From Octopus bimaculoides (Eukaryota), in assembly GCF_001194135.2 (NCBI RefSeq), contig NC_068985.1, positions 100,439,090-100,503,089 on the forward strand: 64,000 nucleotides of DNA, read 5' to 3'. The position numbers and the translations under genes were made by a program. Below are positions 50,957 to 64,000 of this stretch, in pieces. The notes under the pieces were generated by a model. It ran no database searches, was not told the DNA's origin, and saw nothing but the letters and a program-made list of their open reading frames with translations. The stretch's first letter is position 1; every line of letters begins with the position of its first letter.

Positions 50957-52489
50957 AATGGATATTTTCAGTAACACAAAAAAACCTGTATTCATAATAA
51001 ATATAATATTCGTAATAAATAAATATATATTCATAATAGTATATATTATTCATAATGAATATAATATTTTAGTGCTAGGTTTTGTGTAACGTATTCTGTA
51101 CGGATTCCTTAGTTTCCTTGTATTCTGCGTGGTTCTACTAGTTTAGCGCTTAATTAAAACTATTATAACTTTAATTTATAAGAGGAATTGCAAGCGCAAT
51201 GATGTTTCTCCACTTTTTGCATTTATTTCTCTTTCAAGTATTAATCTGTTGCTTCCTAACAGTTTCTTTCACTGTGGTTTACTCTCTAGTTCATTAATTC
51301 CTAAGTACTGTATGTCTGTTCTAATTCTTTTCATTCTCCATCTTTATCGTACATGTTATTACTGTTTTAATTAACTTTTCTTTCAAAGTCTTTCTTTTAC
51401 GTATTTTCCTAATCCGAATTTCATCCATTTATTCAGCAAAAATCACATATCTTCCGTAGCAGTGTTTCTAGTAATAATGCACAGATTAACGACTTAAAAG
51501 AACCTATGTTTCCAAATTCAATCTTGATTAGCATGTCAGTTAAATGTGTTAACCCTTGATAGAAAAAGAACGCTGAAAGTGAACGTCCTTCGAATATGAC
51601 CCTTTGAATTATAATGGTGTTAATTTCTATAATTATCTATTCTACATGTCTTTGAAGAAATGATTACTGCCTCCTCATGGCATTTTTAATGTATTTAATT
51701 GTTATTGGCGCTACGTTACTCATGGATAATTGTTTCCAGGATCCAGTTACATAGTTAACCGGCAGAGCTTCCGAATATTCAATATATTTCTTGTTCAAAT
51801 GCCATTCTATTTCTTTGTTGATAGCTAATGGCGTTTACATCCATGCCAGCTGCAGCAGTAACTGTTCCTCTCTGCGAAACGGGTTGTTTTCTATATTTTA
51901 AGTTCAGTGATAGTACTGTGACAGTACTGATATATTATCATCATCATTATTATCATTATTATTATCATTATTACTATTATTATTATTATTAGAACAGGCT
52001 TGTATTGATGTAGTAGATTTTTGGAAGCGTGCAAATGATTTTGGGTGCCATTACCTCAAATACAGTTATAGTAAATCATGAGTGAAAGAAATCACAAATG
52101 ACAAGCTAAAATTAAGGAATGTTAAACTTTCACACCTAATTATTGCAGTGAAAGTTGAAATTCTGTCTGAAATCTTTTAGTTATTAGCTGTCACCGAAAT
52201 TTTCTTGGCATTTCAAAAGTGTTACATGACTGTAACCGATATTTCACAAAGAATATACTCGTTTTAAAGAAATATTTCCTCATCCACTTATTGTTACATT
52301 TAGACGTAACAGACAAAACATAAATGTAAACTACTACCTCTGATGTAATAAATAATTCGAAGGGGTTTCGAAATGTTGTATCCTAAAAATAGTCGCAAGA
52401 GAAGTAATTCCTGTTCATTGCATGACAGAATGAATCAAGTAAACTCCATAAGAAATTCTTAAAGAAATGTTATGATTTATAGCTGACAG

Positions 52490-53135
52490 TCGGAAACCTG
52501 AAACGAGAGACCGATGAAATGATTATAGCCGTTCAGAAAGAAGCCATTAGGACGCATCAGATATAGGCAAAGATCGACGAAACTCAGAAAAACAGCAAAT
52601 GTGGAATCTGCTGGAAAGGAAACGAAAGCATCAATCATCTCTTGAGTGAATGTAGTAAGTTAGCACAAAAGGGATATAAACAAAGAAAGGACTGCCTATG
52701 TAATAGAGTACTTTGGGATGTCAGGCGAGTGTGTGGTTTTAAAATAATAGGAATGTTGTTCGAACACGTACCAGAGGTTGTGATAGAGCCTAAGAATTAC
52801 AGGTTCTTATGGAGCTTCTCCATAAAGATTGACTTTACTGTTGAAGCAAGAAGACCAGATATGATTATAGAGGACAAAATAAGCCGTGTAAGATTATAGA
52901 CTTACCAAAAAAAATTGAAGAAATTGAGGTGTAGCAGAACCTAGCAAGAGAGCTGAAGAAACTGTGGAAGACTAAAAAAACAATTATCCCTGTGCTAATT
53001 GGTGCACTTGGCACAACACCAAAAACGTGAGATAAGAGACTGAAGGATGTTGGAACTGAGACTCACACTATCGACCTCTACAAAGATACCATCCTATATT
53101 CTGCAAAAATCCTGAGGAAGATTTTTGTGATTTGA
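52490..53135 (+). mobile_element. R4/Dong-like C-terminal fragment (CCHC-like + REL endonuclease)
   Basis: GNLKRETDEMIIAVQ..SKCGICWKGNESINHLLSECSKLAQKGYKQR..EARRPDMII..LARELKKLWK..IPVLIGALGTTPK. Confidence 0.92.
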
Positions 53136-53214
53136 GGAAACCTGTTTCTAAATCTCGAAATTGAAATATTCAGCTTATGGGTAATGAAAGTAAAAACAAT
53201 ACCAGTAATAATTG

Positions 53215-53325
53215 GATCAGTGGATATGATGAAAAACGTATCAACAAAACTTAGAAGTCATACCTGGACCAACACTATTACACACTATCCAAAATATAGC
53301 CCTTCTAGGAACAGCCCTCAACCTA
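53215..53325 (+). mobile_element. Second short R4/Dong-like 3' fragment
   Basis: LEVIPGPTLLHTIQNIALLGTA matches the end of the 29554 and 32540 copies. Confidence 0.7.
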
Positions 53326-55509
53326 CCCAATAAAAAATCAATTTAATAACACAACCCACATGAAACAGTCAATGAACACAAGACGCACTCTATTAAATAA
53401 GCATTTAATAAAGTAAACGAATGCCAGAAAATGTACCCTAAACGGCTGTTACCCAACAGTATAATACAACTGGCATTACACCCAAAAGAGAAAATAAAAG
53501 CATCAATATATAAAACGACTCAGGCCAAACCTCATAACAAAACAAAGCGACGCAATACAATGACAGGAGGAGGTCTGTTCTTCCCCAGCAAAAAACAAAA
53601 ACTGCACACACCTATGCAACACTTAGGTGTATTAGGTGATGTAGTAGATATCAGTTGCATGAAACCTATCGAACAACAACAACGATAATGGTTACAAATT
53701 TTGCCACAAGGTTAGCAATTTCACAGGAAGAGGTAAGCTGCATGCAAGACACCAGAGTTCTAATAAAACCTGAGATGAAAAGAAATAATAATAACTTACA
53801 CTGTTAAAGAGAGAGAGCTGCTTAAGCCCATATAATTCCTGCTCTGTACAGCACAGATAGATTTTGTGCTTGTTTAAAAGAGAGATTTAACTGCAAAAAA
53901 AAAAAAATAATAATGAAAGCAATATTTCTTGAGAGAGTGAGGAGTGTTGTACGAATAAAGGATAAAAACGAAAATTAGATGTAACATATCAAAAACTGCA
54001 AAATTTGAGTACCAAATGTGTAAATGTCATGCAGAGAACAGCTGAAAACCACCCAGAAGGCGTTCTTTCTGCAGTTAATAATAATAAAAGTTAATTTATG
54101 TCTTTGTTCTATGAATAAGAATTGCTATACTTTTCATTAAAAATATGTTTCCTGGCAGATCACTTGTTTTGCATGCAGCAATGCAAGTACCTTCATAATT
54201 TACAACATGCAAAAATATAAATATGTATTAGATAAAAAGAAATGACATTTATTAATATAAAACTCTTGTTATAACTGAGATGTAGATTATATATTAAACA
54301 AGGAATTTTTTTGTCCTGTGTCTGCATTAGTATGTAAACCGTGAGGCATATAGCATTAATAACTGTAAGTTGCATAAATATTAGTGATCTATAGATCTCT
54401 CGTTTGTCATCATCATAATGTTTCTAGTAGATTCTGAAAATATTTTTTATAGATGGATTAAAATATATTTTATTGCATACACGCGCACACGCATACCAAT
54501 ACGTATGTACGTACATACATACATAACGAATACACATTCATATATGCATTTTTGCATGTATGTATGTATATATATGTATATATATATATATATATGTATG
54601 TAAATATATATATATACATANNNNNNNNNNNNNNNNNNNNNNNNNNNNNNNNNNNNNNNNNNNNNNNNNNNNNNNNNNNNNNNNNNNNNNNNNNNNNNNN
54701 NNNNNNNNNNNNNNNNNNNNNNNNNNNNNNNNNNNNNNNNNNNNNNNNNNNNNNNNNNNNNNNNNNNNNNNNNNNNNNNNNNNNNNNNNNNNNNNNNNNN
54801 NNNNNNNNNNNNNNNNNNNNNNNNNNNNNNNNNNNNNNNNNNNNNNNNNNNNNNNNNNNNNNNNNNNNNNNNNNNNNNNNNNNNNNNNNNNNNNNNNNNN
54901 NNNNNNNNNNNNNNNNNNNNNNNNNNNNNNNNNNNNNNNNNNNNNNNNNNNNNNNNNNNNNNNNNNNNNNNNNNNNNNNNNNNNNNNNNNNNNNNNNNNN
55001 NNNNNNNNNNNNNNNNNNNNNNNNNATATATATATATATATATATATACATCAGAAATAATAAAAGCAAAACCGCTGTTGTAATAAAATTTCATTGCATC
55101 TACAGCTGTTTCAATAAGTATCGCGAATGTAAAGAAACACGTACTTTTTAATAATATCATCAAGTTTTGCAACGTAATTATTTAGAAATAAACAATCGTT
55201 ATTTTAAATGTTATTTTTAATACGTAACAATCGTTATAGTAACCACATACTATAGATGATAGTAAAAGTCTCATTCCAATGAGAGCTCCGTCATCAAGAT
55301 GGTTTAAAAATATATAGTCTTTATCATTAATGCCCCCCACACCCACATATACACATATACATATAAGTGCGTGTATATTTGTCTGGGTGTGTGTGAGTGA
55401 CACAACAGGAAAGTTTAACTAGAGACATTATTTGCCGAAACAACGACGTCATACAATACTACTACAGCTTTTACGTGTATATTTTCGCTAAATGTTATAT
55501 ATCTATATT

Positions 55510-55564
<55 letters not shown>

Positions 55565-55628
55565 GCTGCTGCTGATGCTGCTGCTGCTACTGCTGCTGGT
55601 GCCGCCGCTGCTGCTGCTGCTGCTGCTG

Positions 55629-55693
<65 letters not shown>
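55510..55693. repeat. Compound (CTA)n(CTG)n(CTA)n microsatellite
   Basis: Directly visible. Confidence 0.95.
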
Positions 55694-55694
<1 letters not shown>

Positions 55695-55789
55695 TTATCT
55701 GAAGAAGCATTCATATATNNNNNNNNNNATATATATATATATATATATAGTGAACATGATCGACCGCTAACTCCAGAAGTTTTTTATTC

Positions 55790-55920
55790 TCTCTGCTTAT
55801 TTCATCGTGTTCCTTTCAGTTGAAGAGCGTAGGTTTGAGACGTAAAAGACATTGTCACCTTCCCGAGCGTCAAACGAATACAACTGCTTGTTGTTTATAG
55901 ATCTGTCTTCGTCGGTATAT
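55790..55920 (+). repeat. Repeat family D, copy 2
   Basis: CAGTTGAAGAGCGTAGGTTTGAGACGTAAAAGAC...CTTCCCGAGCGTCAAAC. Confidence 0.8.
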
Positions 55921-56077
55921 TCCAGGTTATGGCTAACCGCAACAAGTGGTGCTAGGTGCCAATGATGGCTAAAGGTCAGCAATCTCACTGTAATTCCTCC
56001 TCTGGCTTCCTCTGGTTTCACTTCCCTGGATTATGAATATTATCTGGAGTGTAGATTTAAAACAAATATAAACAGTA

Positions 56078-56480
56078 CAGGAGTGGCTGTGTGGCAAGTT
56101 GCTTGCTTACCAACCACATGGTTCCGGGTTCATTCCCGCTGCGTGGCACCTTGGGCAAGTATTTTCTACTATAGCCTCGGGCCGACCAAAGCCTTGTGAG
56201 TGGATTTGGTAGACGAAAACTGAAAGAAGCCTGTCGTATATATGTATGTATGTATGTTTGTGTATATGTTTGTGTGTCTGTATTTTTCCCCCCACATCGC
56301 TTGAGAACCGATGCTGGTGTGTTTACGTCCCCGTAACTTAGCGGTTTGGCAAAAGAGACCGATAGAATAAATACTAGGCTTACAGAGAATAAGTCCTGGG
56401 GTCGATTTGCTCAACTAAAGGTGGTGCTCCAGCATGGCCACAGTCAAAATGACTGAAACAAGTAAAAGAGTAAAAGAGAG
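56078..56480 (+). mobile_element. SINE family B, full length
   Basis: A-box-like TGGCTGTGTGG, B-box-like GGTTCATTCCC, core, internal (TATG)/(TG) tract, 3' domain and (GTAAAAGA)n tail. Confidence 0.93.
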
Positions 56481-56676
56481 TACGCAGACAGGCACATCAT
56501 GAGAATAATTTCCCTTTAACTTTACAGTATGTCGTAAAGCATAATCATTCGATTAGAAAGACCGGCACGTGTTTCCGCTGCATAGAGTATGCGCAGTGGT
56601 ACATGGAACCCCATCATAATCTTCTGTGCATCTCCATTCAGGGTCCGTCTAGATAAAAGTTATACACAAGATAAAA

Positions 56677-56774
56677 GATAAATTTGGGATAAATTGAGAG
56701 ATATAAGCTATATAAATGATATCTCCCAGGTGATATCATTTTATCGCTATCGTCACAGAAGAAACATTGTATAA
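56677..56774 (+). repeat. ~100-bp hairpin-containing repeat, copy 1 (inverted copy at 60661-60760)
   Basis: Reverse-complement similarity along the whole length; central perfect stem AAATGATATC/GATATCATTT. Confidence 0.8.
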
Positions 56775-57349
56775 AAGAACTTAATCTAAGAACAAAAAAA
56801 AAAAAGAAAACAGAAACGGAAAAATAGCTTCAAAGATAGAGATCTAATGTAGCTTATTTCCCCTATTTTGACATAAGCGACAGTTTGTTGCTGTAGAATG
56901 CATATAGCATTTTGCGAATGGAATGAGTTTTCATCACTAGCTTGTCCTTAACACACGCTAAAGACAGGTAACCACGCTGAAACTCGAGTACGTGTGTATC
57001 ACGTAAGGCTAGAGATGGGAGCGATGACCTCCCCTCGCAAATATTATCGTTTTACTAGTTAGTGTATTGGATAGACGAAGGTTATTTTGTGAATATCCGT
57101 TTGAATGTGTATTATTCAATACCCGCCTTCAAGTTTGATGAATAGAATTTTACTGTCGTTATAAGGAAATTTAAATATAGTAAACACGTAAATCCTAAGA
57201 GGGTGTCAAATGTTCTTCTGGATGGTAAAATCGCGTAATTGTCAAGAACACATGTATTTATCTTAGAAGTGTTATATCTGACAACATTGCAACGATGTTT
57301 ATGTGTCTTGATGGTCAAAGATAATCATACACTATATCTATTAAGAAAG

Positions 57350-57565
57350 GCGTCGATCTGGAAGAAACGTGAAGGCGCTGGACAAAATGTTAAGCAGCGT
57401 TTCTTCCGACTATACATTCTAAGTTCAAATGCAACAGGAGTCGACTTTACCTTTCATCCTTTCGGGGTCGATAAAATAAATATCATTTGAACACTGGGGT
57501 CGATGCAATCGACATAAATCTACCTCCGAAATTCCTGGCCTTGTGCTAAAATTTGAAACCAATAT
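57350..57565 (+). mobile_element. SINE family A
   Basis: GTCGACTTTACCTTTCATCCTTTCGGGGTCGATAAAATAAA core and tail. Confidence 0.85.
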
Positions 57566-57844
57566 GTTTATTGGTTTACTTTACGTGGAGCATTCTAAGG
57601 ATGAACACCTGAGGAAAACTACCTGAGCAGTGTATGAACAGCAGTCATGTAGACGTTTAGATAGCGTAGGGTGTTTCTTGCCCTGTCGGATGTCAAAGAT
57701 ACTCGCGTATACTTTTGTAACTGCATGTGTTTTGGCTTATGAATAAATAGCGGCGTGAGACGTGCGGAGTTCTAACTCATCGTGCGCGGCAGGGTTTCGG
57801 CAATCTCTATTTACACTGTCTTAGTTTGCCTGTATTTGTTTTAT

Positions 57845-58370
57845 TTTTTATTCTTTTATTCTTTTAGTTGTTTCAGTGATTTTCACTGCGGCCATGCTGG
57901 AGCGCCGCTTTAAAGGGTTTCTAGTCGAACCAAACGACCCTTGGACTTATTCTTTGTAAGCCTAGTACTTATTCTATCGGTCTCTTTTCACCGATAGAAT
58001 AAGCTTACAAATTGAAATTCGCTTACAAATTGAAATTTACCTTTCATCCCTTCGGAACAAATAAAATAAAGTACTAGTCATGTACTAGTGTCGAGTTTAT
58101 CAACTAACCCTTCACACCAAGACTTTTGCCTTGTAGCTGAATTAGAAACACTTAAGGCGCCAAGCAGTTACAATCGTGGGTTCGTTAGTGGAAATGCTTA
58201 GTGGCGTTTCTTCTGGTACTTTACGTTCTGAATTTAAATCCTGCCGGTCTCAAATTTACCTTTCATTCTTTCAGTATCAATAAAACAGTATATCAAACAG
58301 GTACTGATAGCTGTGTAATTGACTATCATTATTCCTTTAAAGCTGCTGTCCTGGCGTCGAAATTCGAAAA
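57845..58370. mobile_element. SINE B 3' half (minus, 57845-58005) followed by two degenerate SINE A copies (plus)
   Basis: GCGGCCATGCTGGAGCGCCGC (reverse complement of the B tail); A cores at ~58035 and ~58255. Confidence 0.78.
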
Positions 58371-59047
58371 GTTTTCGATTTTTCTCACCAAAAAACAGAA
58401 AAAAAAAAGAAAGGGAATTTACTGTTTTCTGACACAATATTTACACACTAGTGTTTTTATAGCTTTATCTGCTACAAAATCCAACGTTCCAAAAAAGAAT
58501 TATGTCAAAATTATTCTTGTCTTTGTTTGTGGCTTTTACTCTGTAGTTCTTCTCAATATTATTTTTTAGTACATTATATTCTGAATTATTTTCTATGTTA
58601 ATATTATAGCTACATGAATCGCATATGTTTCTGGCATTTTGATTGGTGCTCTTGTAGTCTCTACGCTGTCTTAGTTGATATTACAATTCTTCAAATTATG
58701 TATTAATTCGAGCGCGAAATAATATCGAATTATTAAAAAAAAAAACCCTGAAGTACTTAATATTGTGTCTTGGCCTTGTGTTCTGGCAAATAGTCTCTTT
58801 GCCTTTATGCAATATTATAGTTTGCAGATGTAACAACGCGTATGAAAATATATTGCATATTAATATACACACGCAAACGCATATACATGTCTGTATGTAT
58901 GTATTTCAGTGTGCTTCTATGAAGATTAGATTACACAAGAATGCATTTAGATGTGTATACTGGTTATATCAGAGTGAAGATATCTCAAATCTTTTGATAC
59001 ACCGGAGGGGTTATAGGTGTATGGGATTTTATACGTATGTGCGTATC

Positions 59048-59078
<31 letters not shown>

Positions 59079-59153
59079 NNNNNNNNNNNNNNNNNNNNNN
59101 NNNNNNNNNNNNNNNNNNNCACACCCACACACCCACACACACACACACCCACC

Positions 59154-59186
<33 letters not shown>

Positions 59187-59299
59187 GTACGCTCATACAT
59201 ATACGCATGCACACAAATCAGTAGATAGATATGCATGTGTACATGTTCATACAAACATATTTATAAAAGAATCGCTAACTCCAAACGTATTTTTTTAAT

Positions 59300-59480
59300 T
59301 CTCTCTCAATTTTTTTTCCCAGTGTTCCATTCTGTTGAAGAGCACAGGCTCGAAACATAAAAGATATTCTCACCTTCCCGAGCGTGAAACTGATACACCT
59401 GCTTGTTGTTTATACACCAGCTTGTTGTTTATACACCTGACTTCGTCTTTTGTTTTTCTGTAAATCTTAACTATATATAC
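59300..59480 (+). repeat. Repeat family D, copy 3
   Basis: CTGTTGAAGAGCACAGGCTCGAAACATAAAAGA...CTTCCCGAGCGTGAAACTGATAC; internal 18-bp tandem duplication. Confidence 0.82.
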
Positions 59481-60112
59481 ATGTACATCTCTATATACAT
59501 AAATCTAATGTATATCTATAACCATATTAAGCTCTCTGACTCTGTCTCTGTCTCTGTCTCCGTCTCTCGTTCTNNNNNNNNNNNNNNNNNNNNNNNNNNN
59601 NNNNNNNNNNNNNNNNNNNNNNNNNNNNNNNNNNNNNNNNNNNNNNNNNNNNNNNNNNNNNNNNNNNNNNNNNNNNNNNNNNNNNNNNNNNNNNNNNNNN
59701 NNNNNNNNNNNNNNNNNNNNNNNNNNNNNNNNNNNNNNNNNNNNNNNNNNNNNNNNNNNNNNNNNNNNNNNNNNNNNNNNNNNNNNNNNNNNNNNNNNNN
59801 NNNNNNNNNNNNNNNNNNNNNNNNNNNNNNNNNNNNNNNNNNNNNNNNNNNNNNNNNNNNNNNNNNNNNNNNNNNNNNNNNNNNNNNNNNNNNNNNNNNN
59901 NNNNNNNNNNNNNNNNNNNNNNNNNNNNNNNNNNNNNNNNNNNNNNNNNNNNNNNNNNNNNNNNNNNNNNNNNNNNNNNNNNNNNNNNNNNNNNNNNNNN
60001 NNNNNNNNNNNNNNNNNNNNNNNNNNNNNNNNNNNNNNNNNNNNNNNNNNNNNNNNNNNNNNNNNNNNNNNNNNNNNNNNNNNNNNNNNNNNNTATATAT
60101 ATATATAAATAT

Positions 60113-60155
<43 letters not shown>

Positions 60156-60660
60156 CAGTTTATCTTTTTCTGTACTGAGAATGCGGTGATGCCTGAGCAC
60201 TATGTTGAAGCATTTTAGTCGAATTAATGCATCGCCATTACTTACTTTTTTAAAGGCTGGTACTTTATATCGGTCTCTTTTGCCAAACTGCTAAGCATAT
60301 ATAGATACGTAGACATACATACACACATACACACACACACTTATATATACATATATATATATATTCCAACCATGGCTATTCCATCATATTACGATAACCG
60401 GGGGAGCAAGAACGTACACTGAAAGTAACAGCAGTCGTAAAAATTATCAAGTATAAAGTTAACAGTGATTGAAGAAGAAAGAGAGAATGAAATAATATTG
60501 ATAGATTACATGTACTTTATGCAATGAGTCTCTTTCTCCGTAGTGGAACTGTTTATACTCTTTGACGCTAAAGCATCACTTCTGCATATTAGAATACAGA
60601 GGTTTATAGCATGTTGGTGAAATTTTATCTTTCAAACGATGTTTTATTTATTTATTTATT

Positions 60661-60760
60661 TTATGTCATGTTTCTTTTGTGAGGACAGAGATAAAATGAT
60701 ATCACCTTGGAGATATCATTTATATCGTTTACATCTCTCAACCTTGTCCCAAATTTATCC
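60661..60760 (-). repeat. Hairpin-containing repeat, copy 2
   Basis: See 56677-56774. Confidence 0.8.
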
Positions 60761-61032
60761 ATTACCTTGTTTATATCGCTCATTTATATGGGCATTTATA
60801 TATCTTATCTTGTCCGAAATATTAATGTTTGCAAATCTATTTCCTCACTGAGTATTATATACACGTACACACATATATTCACACACACACACACACATAC
60901 ACATACACGCACACACAAAATGCACATATTCACATATAAACACACACACACACACATATATATATGAAATTTTGTATCTCTTTCGTATATATACACATAT
61001 AAATATGCACACGTACATACATGTATATACAA

Positions 61033-61090
<58 letters not shown>

Positions 61091-61151
61091 GCCTATATAT
61101 GATGTGTACCGCAGAATCCTTTGTGTTTTTGTTTTTATCTTTGCATTTACA

Positions 61152-61197
<46 letters not shown>

Positions 61198-61779
61198 CGC
61201 CACTTATAAGTGCAAACGTTCAATGAAACACTCGGTCAAGTGAGTCATTAGCCACTGATTCACGTGTTTATCGCGCGTCGAGATGTTCTAGATGAATCAC
61301 AGGAAAGCAATAATATCGTTACTGATAATACTTATAAAATGATTGTTATTGCTATTGATATCTAAGGTAAGACTGGTCAAGTTAACCTACGAACAAGTAA
61401 TTCACTCTGTCGAGTAAGCCTTTGCGGAATCCATTCAGAGGCATTTGGTGTTTTTCTGACAACTTTCAAGTTGTTGATAAAGTCAAAATCTGATTTTGTT
61501 TTACATTCGCATATCTGGCTTCTAGAAGCAACGTCAATGAAGTAAAGGAAGATAAAATAATTACAACTTTACGAAGAATGAAATGAAAATGCTTGAATTT
61601 GAATTATATATTCGTGGTCATTCATATATCAATACTGAAGAGCGAGCGAAAACGTGTTGAGTTGCTTGTTGCGAAGTAGTGTGTACCTAGCCTGTTATTT
61701 TGTGTCTGTATGTGTATGTTTCATAATGACCTAGACTAGTTCGCTAGTGATGTGTGTCATAGCTTCTGTCCATTAAATG

Positions 61780-62820
61780 TGTGTAGATACTATGAATTAG
61801 CATGATTTTTTTTATATATCTGTACGAAACGATCGTCTGCATGAGCTTGATAAAATATCTTTGAATATTATAAAGTAACTCTAGGCAATATAAGAAGTGT
61901 AGAAACTGAGTTATTGCCTCTTATACATTGAAGATTTTTAGACATACATCAACTGGAAACTAATTCGTTGTTTTCATTGTGATTAACATAAAATGACAGA
62001 TAATGCAGACCTTCTCTGAGTATTAGTTTGATCTGTTCTTTAATGTCTATGTTGGATTGACCAGGAGATCTTCAGATATTTTCATTTATCCCTCGATTTC
62101 TAAATGTGTTTTGATGGTGATGTGGTGATTCCGAACTGGACGACTGGATGGATAATTCTGTAAGTGGTCTGTAGGCTAGTATTTTGATGTGCAGCTGAGA
62201 GCAAATAATCTTTGTAAATCATGCCTTTCTTTACTCGTATGTTCTTTAATGCCAGCCCACCATGTTTTCTCATTCACTTGATGGCTCGTTTCAGTCTAGT
62301 TTTATTTGTGGAATATATACGATGTGTTTCTTTATGGTATTATACAAAATATCCCTGTAAGTTTATCTCATATTAATTCTATTTGCTGAAAGGTATTTAT
62401 AGCCGTTCGGGAAATATTTTCTGTTAAGAGAAAAAGAAAAATGTGCAGACTGGTTGAATTATCGGATACAGCATACAATGACCTTCTTTTAATTATCTGT
62501 GCAGTTTTTATATCAGGCTGTTGAGATTTCATTCTGTCTTGATATCAGATGCACAATAGTGCCTGACTGTTTTATTTTTCAGCTTTCTTGAAAATGATAC
62601 TCGTTCTGTTTTGCGAATGCTTTTCAAACGTATTTGATTACTTTGAATGTGCTGTTTGATTGTGTGAAGACGTAAAATGTAGTTTGACGTTTGGTTTCTC
62701 GAAGGACTTAGAAGATTTAGATTTTACCGTTAAAGTGTTGGGGCCACGTTATCAGTGCGCTGTGTTAGAAACATCCATATGCTGATTTTTTTTAATGTCA
62801 TCTATTCGTTTTCTGGGCAT
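61780..62820 (-). mobile_element. Penelope-like retroelement relic (GIY-YIG endonuclease region)
   Basis: Broken frames NRKYFPNGYKYLSANRINM, KGMIYK, YSEKVCIICH and ENNELVSS resemble PLE motifs KHFP..HK..FNRN, GIVYK, C-LC and LNKRxELVSKCRH. Confidence 0.6.
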
Positions 62821-63179
62821 ATCAATTTTGTGGTTGCAAGTTATAAATATAATTAAAATATTACTAAGCACTTAAACGCAGATACATGCGTATACACACT
62901 TACACATACATGCTTACATATCGTCTGCATGAATTAAGACTCTCATATATATTTTAATATCCTCTCTTCTCCATTTTTAACAAAATTGTTGAGTTTCATG
63001 GGATTTCTTTCCAAAAATTCACGACATATATACAAGTATTATTTTCAAATTCGCCAATTTACGACTGTAAGCTATCAGCAAAATATAAAGAATCAATATT
63101 AGAAATCTTTTTTGGAAATCTCCAAATTAAAGGACGAATCTAATTCACCCTTTTTACACACACACATATGTATACGTAT

Positions 63180-63385
63180 TTATGTGTGTTAGTGTGTTCT
63201 GTCCCCACGCCATCTGTTGACAAACGATGCTGGTATGCCTATGGCCCCGTAAGTTAGCGGCCGATAGATTAAGTACTAGGATTTGGAAGAATAAGTCCAG
63301 GAGTCAATTTGTTCGACTAAAACCCTTTAAAGTGGTGTTGCAGCATGACCGCAGTCGAATGACTGAAAGAAATAAAAGAAGATGA
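63180..63385 (+). mobile_element. SINE family B, 3' half
   Basis: CGATGCTGGTATG..CCCCGTAAGTTAGCGG...GCAGCATGACCGCAGTCGAATGACTGAAAG. Confidence 0.85.
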
Positions 63386-63430
63386 AAAGAATGTATATAT
63401 GTGTATGTATGTATATATATATATACATAC

Positions 63431-63461
<31 letters not shown>

Positions 63462-63594
63462 ATATGATATAATATAGGATAAAATCTTTATAAGAATTTA
63501 TCAAGTAGTCAGCGTGAAAAAAACCCATAAGGAAAAANNNNNNNNNNTATGTATGTATGTATGTATGTATGTATATATATATCTTTGTGTGTGT

Positions 63595-63800
63595 TTGTTA
63601 TTTGTGTCTGTGTTTGTTCCCCCATCATCGGTTGACAACCGATGCTGGTATATTTAATTCCCCGTCAATTAGCGGTTCGGCAAACATGACCGGTAAAATA
63701 AATACGAGGCTCACAAAGAGTAAGTCCTGGGGTCGATTTGTTCGACTAAAGGCGGTGCTCCAGCATGACTGCAGTCAAATGACTGAAACAGATAAAAGAA
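63595..63800 (+). mobile_element. SINE family B, 3' half
   Basis: GACAACCGATGCTGG...GTCCTGGGGTCGATTTGTTCGACTAAAGGCGGTGCTCCAGCATG. Confidence 0.9.
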
Positions 63801-64000
63801 TATATATATATTTGTATATAATGTATTGGTAATAAAAGTCAGTAAAATTTGGCATCCCTTGATTATCAAATGAATTTACAGCAACTCATTATAAACATAG
63901 TTATAGATCTGAAGGCTGATGCCACATATTCGACGTACACAGCTAAATAAAACCCACCAAACGAAACGAAAGAGTAACAGGGTTTTTCCAAACTAAATAA

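Noticed and set aside
56078-56150. tRNA gene
   Set aside because: tRNA-like SINE head; no complete cloverleaf, and it continues into SINE body.
3096-60218. Long ORFs in the track (e.g. 395 aa at 3096, 285 aa at 32769, 271 aa at 59403)
   Set aside because: They span N gaps or microsatellites (X runs; HT, IY, VC, poly-L/Y/S/T); not genes.
8739-63800. Regularly recurring 30-40 bp conserved motifs that could suggest a CRISPR-like array
   Set aside because: They are SINE cores in both orientations with irregular spacing; the context is eukaryotic and there are no cas-like ORFs.

Overview
Eukaryotic, AT-rich, repeat-saturated draft scaffold with 18 N-gaps, almost all flanked by microsatellites. 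The tRNA-derived SINE families and the mix of R4/Dong-like, RTE, CR1-like, Penelope-like and mariner relics look like an octopod cephalopod genome (inferred from recall, not a database match). No host protein-coding gene can be called with confidence. Nearly all listed ORFs are microsatellite or N-gap artefacts or pieces of decayed retroelements, and only a few low-confidence spliced-exon candidates exist. SINE families are labelled A, B and C and the hammerhead-like repeat is labelled D; these are my working names. The most interesting signals are (i) a three-copy repeat with hammerhead-ribozyme topology but an atypical core, (ii) (TAA)n-bounded R4/Dong-like copies plus a non-coding (TAA)n-bounded passenger, (iii) a SINE multimer bracketed by a perfect 19-bp direct repeat, and (iv) closely spaced inverted SINE pairs. 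Coordinates were read by hand; treat repeat boundaries as +/-20 bp.
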